From NCBI GenBank assembly GCA_964547875.1, contig CAZJPE010000001.1:176703-240702 (forward strand): 64,000 nt of DNA, in the 5' to 3' direction. The notes beneath the pieces are model-generated. The model ran no database searches, was not told where the DNA came from, and saw only the letters and a list, made by a program, of their open reading frames with translations. Shown one piece after another: positions 62,548-64,000 of the stretch. A program made the position numbers and the translations under genes. Every line of letters begins with the position of its first letter. Positions within the stretch are counted from its first letter, which is position 1. The DNA is from Candidatus Woesearchaeota archaeon. Its GTDB lineage: Archaea > Nanobdellota > Nanobdellia > Pacearchaeales > GW2011-AR1.

Positions 62548-62958
62548 TTAATGAACGATGTTATAATATTGATAAAATTTCTCTAAACTTTCTCTTGCTT
62601 CCCCAATTGTATGCTCGCTGCCAATCTTAACTGTAAACCCCTCTCTTTCTAATTCTTCTCCTAAAGAAAGCATTTTCTCGATTTCCGATGCTTCATATTC
62701 TCTTAATTCTTTTTGCCCTTGTTTCCCCAATAAAAATATTATTCTATAATTGTCTTTATTCTTTAATTTTAAAGAAGTTATACCTGACTTAAGAATAGGA
62801 TAAAAAGAGCATACAAATGAGTTACCAACACCATAGTCATCTTGAAAACTGTCTAAATAAATCTCAACAACTCTCTCTCCCTCTCTTTTTTTTCTCATCT
62901 TATCTAAAAATTCTTCTTTATTTCTTGGTATTCCGAATAACTTATATGTTAATGTCAT
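62548..62958 (-). CDS. Hypothetical protein
   Basis: 136-aa ORF. Confidence 0.5.
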   Translation of the reverse strand: MTLTYKLFGIPRNKEEFLDKMRKKREGERVVEIYLDSFQDDYGVGNSFVCSFYPILKSGITSLKLKNKDNYRIIFLLGKQGQKELREYEASEIEKMLSLGEELEREGFTVKIGSEHTIGEARESLEKFYQYYNIVH

Positions 62959-63036
62959 TTATAATAAAGAGCGCTCCCATTTATAAATCTTTCGTTTTGT
63001 CTTAATTTTTAAGTGACAGAGAGACATGAAAATAAG

Positions 63037-63108
63037 GGCGGAAGGGGAGAATCGAACTCCCGTCTTCAGCGCCACAAGCTAACGTTCTGCCTTTAAACTA
63101 CAACCGCC
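63037..63108 (-). tRNA. tRNA-His (anticodon GTG) with encoded G-1 and C73
   Basis: Hand fold. G-1, acceptor GCGGTTG/CTTCCGC, D arm GTTT-AAAGGCA-GAAC, anticodon arm TTAGC-TTGTGGC-GCTGA, T arm GGGAG-TTCGATT-CTCCC, discriminator C. Positions 5:68 and 6:67 are U-U. Confidence 0.8.
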
Positions 63109-63161
63109 ATATTTTTAGATAAAAGAAGAGAGTATAAAAATGTTGTTAGCTCTATTGTTTT

Positions 63162-63794
63162 ATGAAAAGAAAATTTAGATTTTATGCCTTGAAATTGTGT
63201 TTTTTTATGATAATTATCTTCTTATTTCAGATTTTGTTTAAAGGATTTACAGAATTGCTTATTTTGAATATTTTAGCGTTTGGAGAATTATGGAGATTTA
63301 TTAGCTCTATTTTTTTGCATGCGAGTCTTTTACATTTGATTTATAATTTATTTGCGCTTGCCCTTTTTGGGAGCATTTTAGAAAGTTTAATTGGAAGTAG
63401 GAAATTTTTGGTAGTATTTTTTATCAGTGGAATATTAGCTAATTTAATATCTGTGAATTTTTATTCCAGTTCTTTAGGGGCGAGCGGAGCTATTTTTGGA
63501 ATTATAGGGGCATTAATTGCAATAAGGCCTTTGCTGATTGTCTGGGCTTTTGGACTACCTATGCCAATTTTTATTGCAGGCATTTTGTGGGGAATAGGCG
63601 ATTTATTGGGAGCAGTAGGTTTTCTTATTGGAAATCCTATTAATAACACGGGAAATATTGCACATCTTTCTGGGATGCTATTTGGCTTGATTTTGGGGAT
63701 GCTTTTCAGAGAGAGGAAAATAAGAAAAAGGAAATCTAGAGCTTTAATTGACGAGCATGCGATGAGGGGCTGGGAGGATAGTTATTTGCGCTAA
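63162..63794 (+). CDS. Rhomboid-family intramembrane serine protease
   Basis: GASGAIFGIIGA (catalytic Ser) and AHLSGMLFG (catalytic His). Confidence 0.85.
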   Translation: MKRKFRFYALKLCFFMIIIFLFQILFKGFTELLILNILAFGELWRFISSIFLHASLLHLIYNLFALALFGSILESLIGSRKFLVVFFISGILANLISVNFYSSSLGASGAIFGIIGALIAIRPLLIVWAFGLPMPIFIAGILWGIGDLLGAVGFLIGNPINNTGNIAHLSGMLFGLILGMLFRERKIRKRKSRALIDEHAMRGWEDSYLR

Positions 63795-64000
63795 TGAACT
63801 TTTAATATAGGGCTGTTTTCAGGAAGACCTAATGTTATGGCGAAATTATTAATTTCAAAGACACTTTCACCATAAATACTTAAGCAATGTACTGCTTTTG
63901 GATTATTTATTTCATATCTAATGAAGAATTCTCTTTTGTTTAGATAGTCTTGTCTTTCATATGGAAATTGTTGAGCAAATTCTTCCGATTCATCATTAAT
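63791..64000 (-). CDS. Hypothetical protein (C-terminal 69 codons; 5' end off window)
   Basis: Edge ORF read by hand: ...EEFAQQFPYERQDYLNKREFFIRYEINNPKAVHCLSIYGESVFEINNFAITLGLPENSPILKVH, stop at 63793-63791. Confidence 0.4.
   Translation of the reverse strand: MNDESEEFAQQFPYERQDYLNKREFFIRYEINNPKAVHCLSIYGESVFEINNFAITLGLPENSPILKVH

Noticed and set aside
60352-63108. Integrated element at tRNA-His (Cas4-like nuclease, MazEF, two unknowns)
   Set aside because: I found no integrase and no att-like repeat of the tRNA 3' end. Accessory content alone is insufficient.

Overview
AT-rich (about one-third GC by eye) archaeal chromosomal segment. The core genes are archaeal-type translation and transcription genes: ribosomal proteins L35Ae, L10e, S6e, S24e and S27ae, aIF2-gamma, aIF5B, RpoE', an Spt4-like protein, GluRS and HisRS. 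Other housekeeping genes are PEP synthase, PolX, ScpA and a UvrD-type helicase-nuclease. The small proteins, dense packing and accessory content suggest a reduced, DPANN-like genome, but that is inference only. Accessory material sits between the core genes:
- seven toxin-antitoxin-like loci, several with frameshifted toxins next to intact antitoxins
- a copper/metal operon
- a free-standing homing-endonuclease-like gene
- five Pol-beta nucleotidyltransferase-fold proteins besides PolX
- two NYN-domain genes, each at the edge of a repeat-bounded block
- gene-fragment relics of polX and of the helicase
- two tRNAs (Val-CAC, His-GUG)
- a roughly 500-nt hairpin-dense noncoding locus with a consensus promoter pointing into it

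A recurrent promoter motif (g)AAAGATTTAWATA lies 20-30 nt upstream of many start codons, and I used it to confirm or correct gene calls. I saw no rRNA, CRISPR array, transposase or integrase.

The most interesting candidates are:
- a translationally coupled wHTH-MNT / HEPN / Apt-like PRTase module with its own palindromic operator (40.6-42.1 kb), ending at a polX fragment scar
- a pair of diverged inverted repeat elements (51.8 and 54.2 kb) bracketing a three-gene block
- the structured noncoding locus at 54.16-54.65 kb
- a same-strand block of four large, mostly uncharacterised genes (19.8-24.7 kb)
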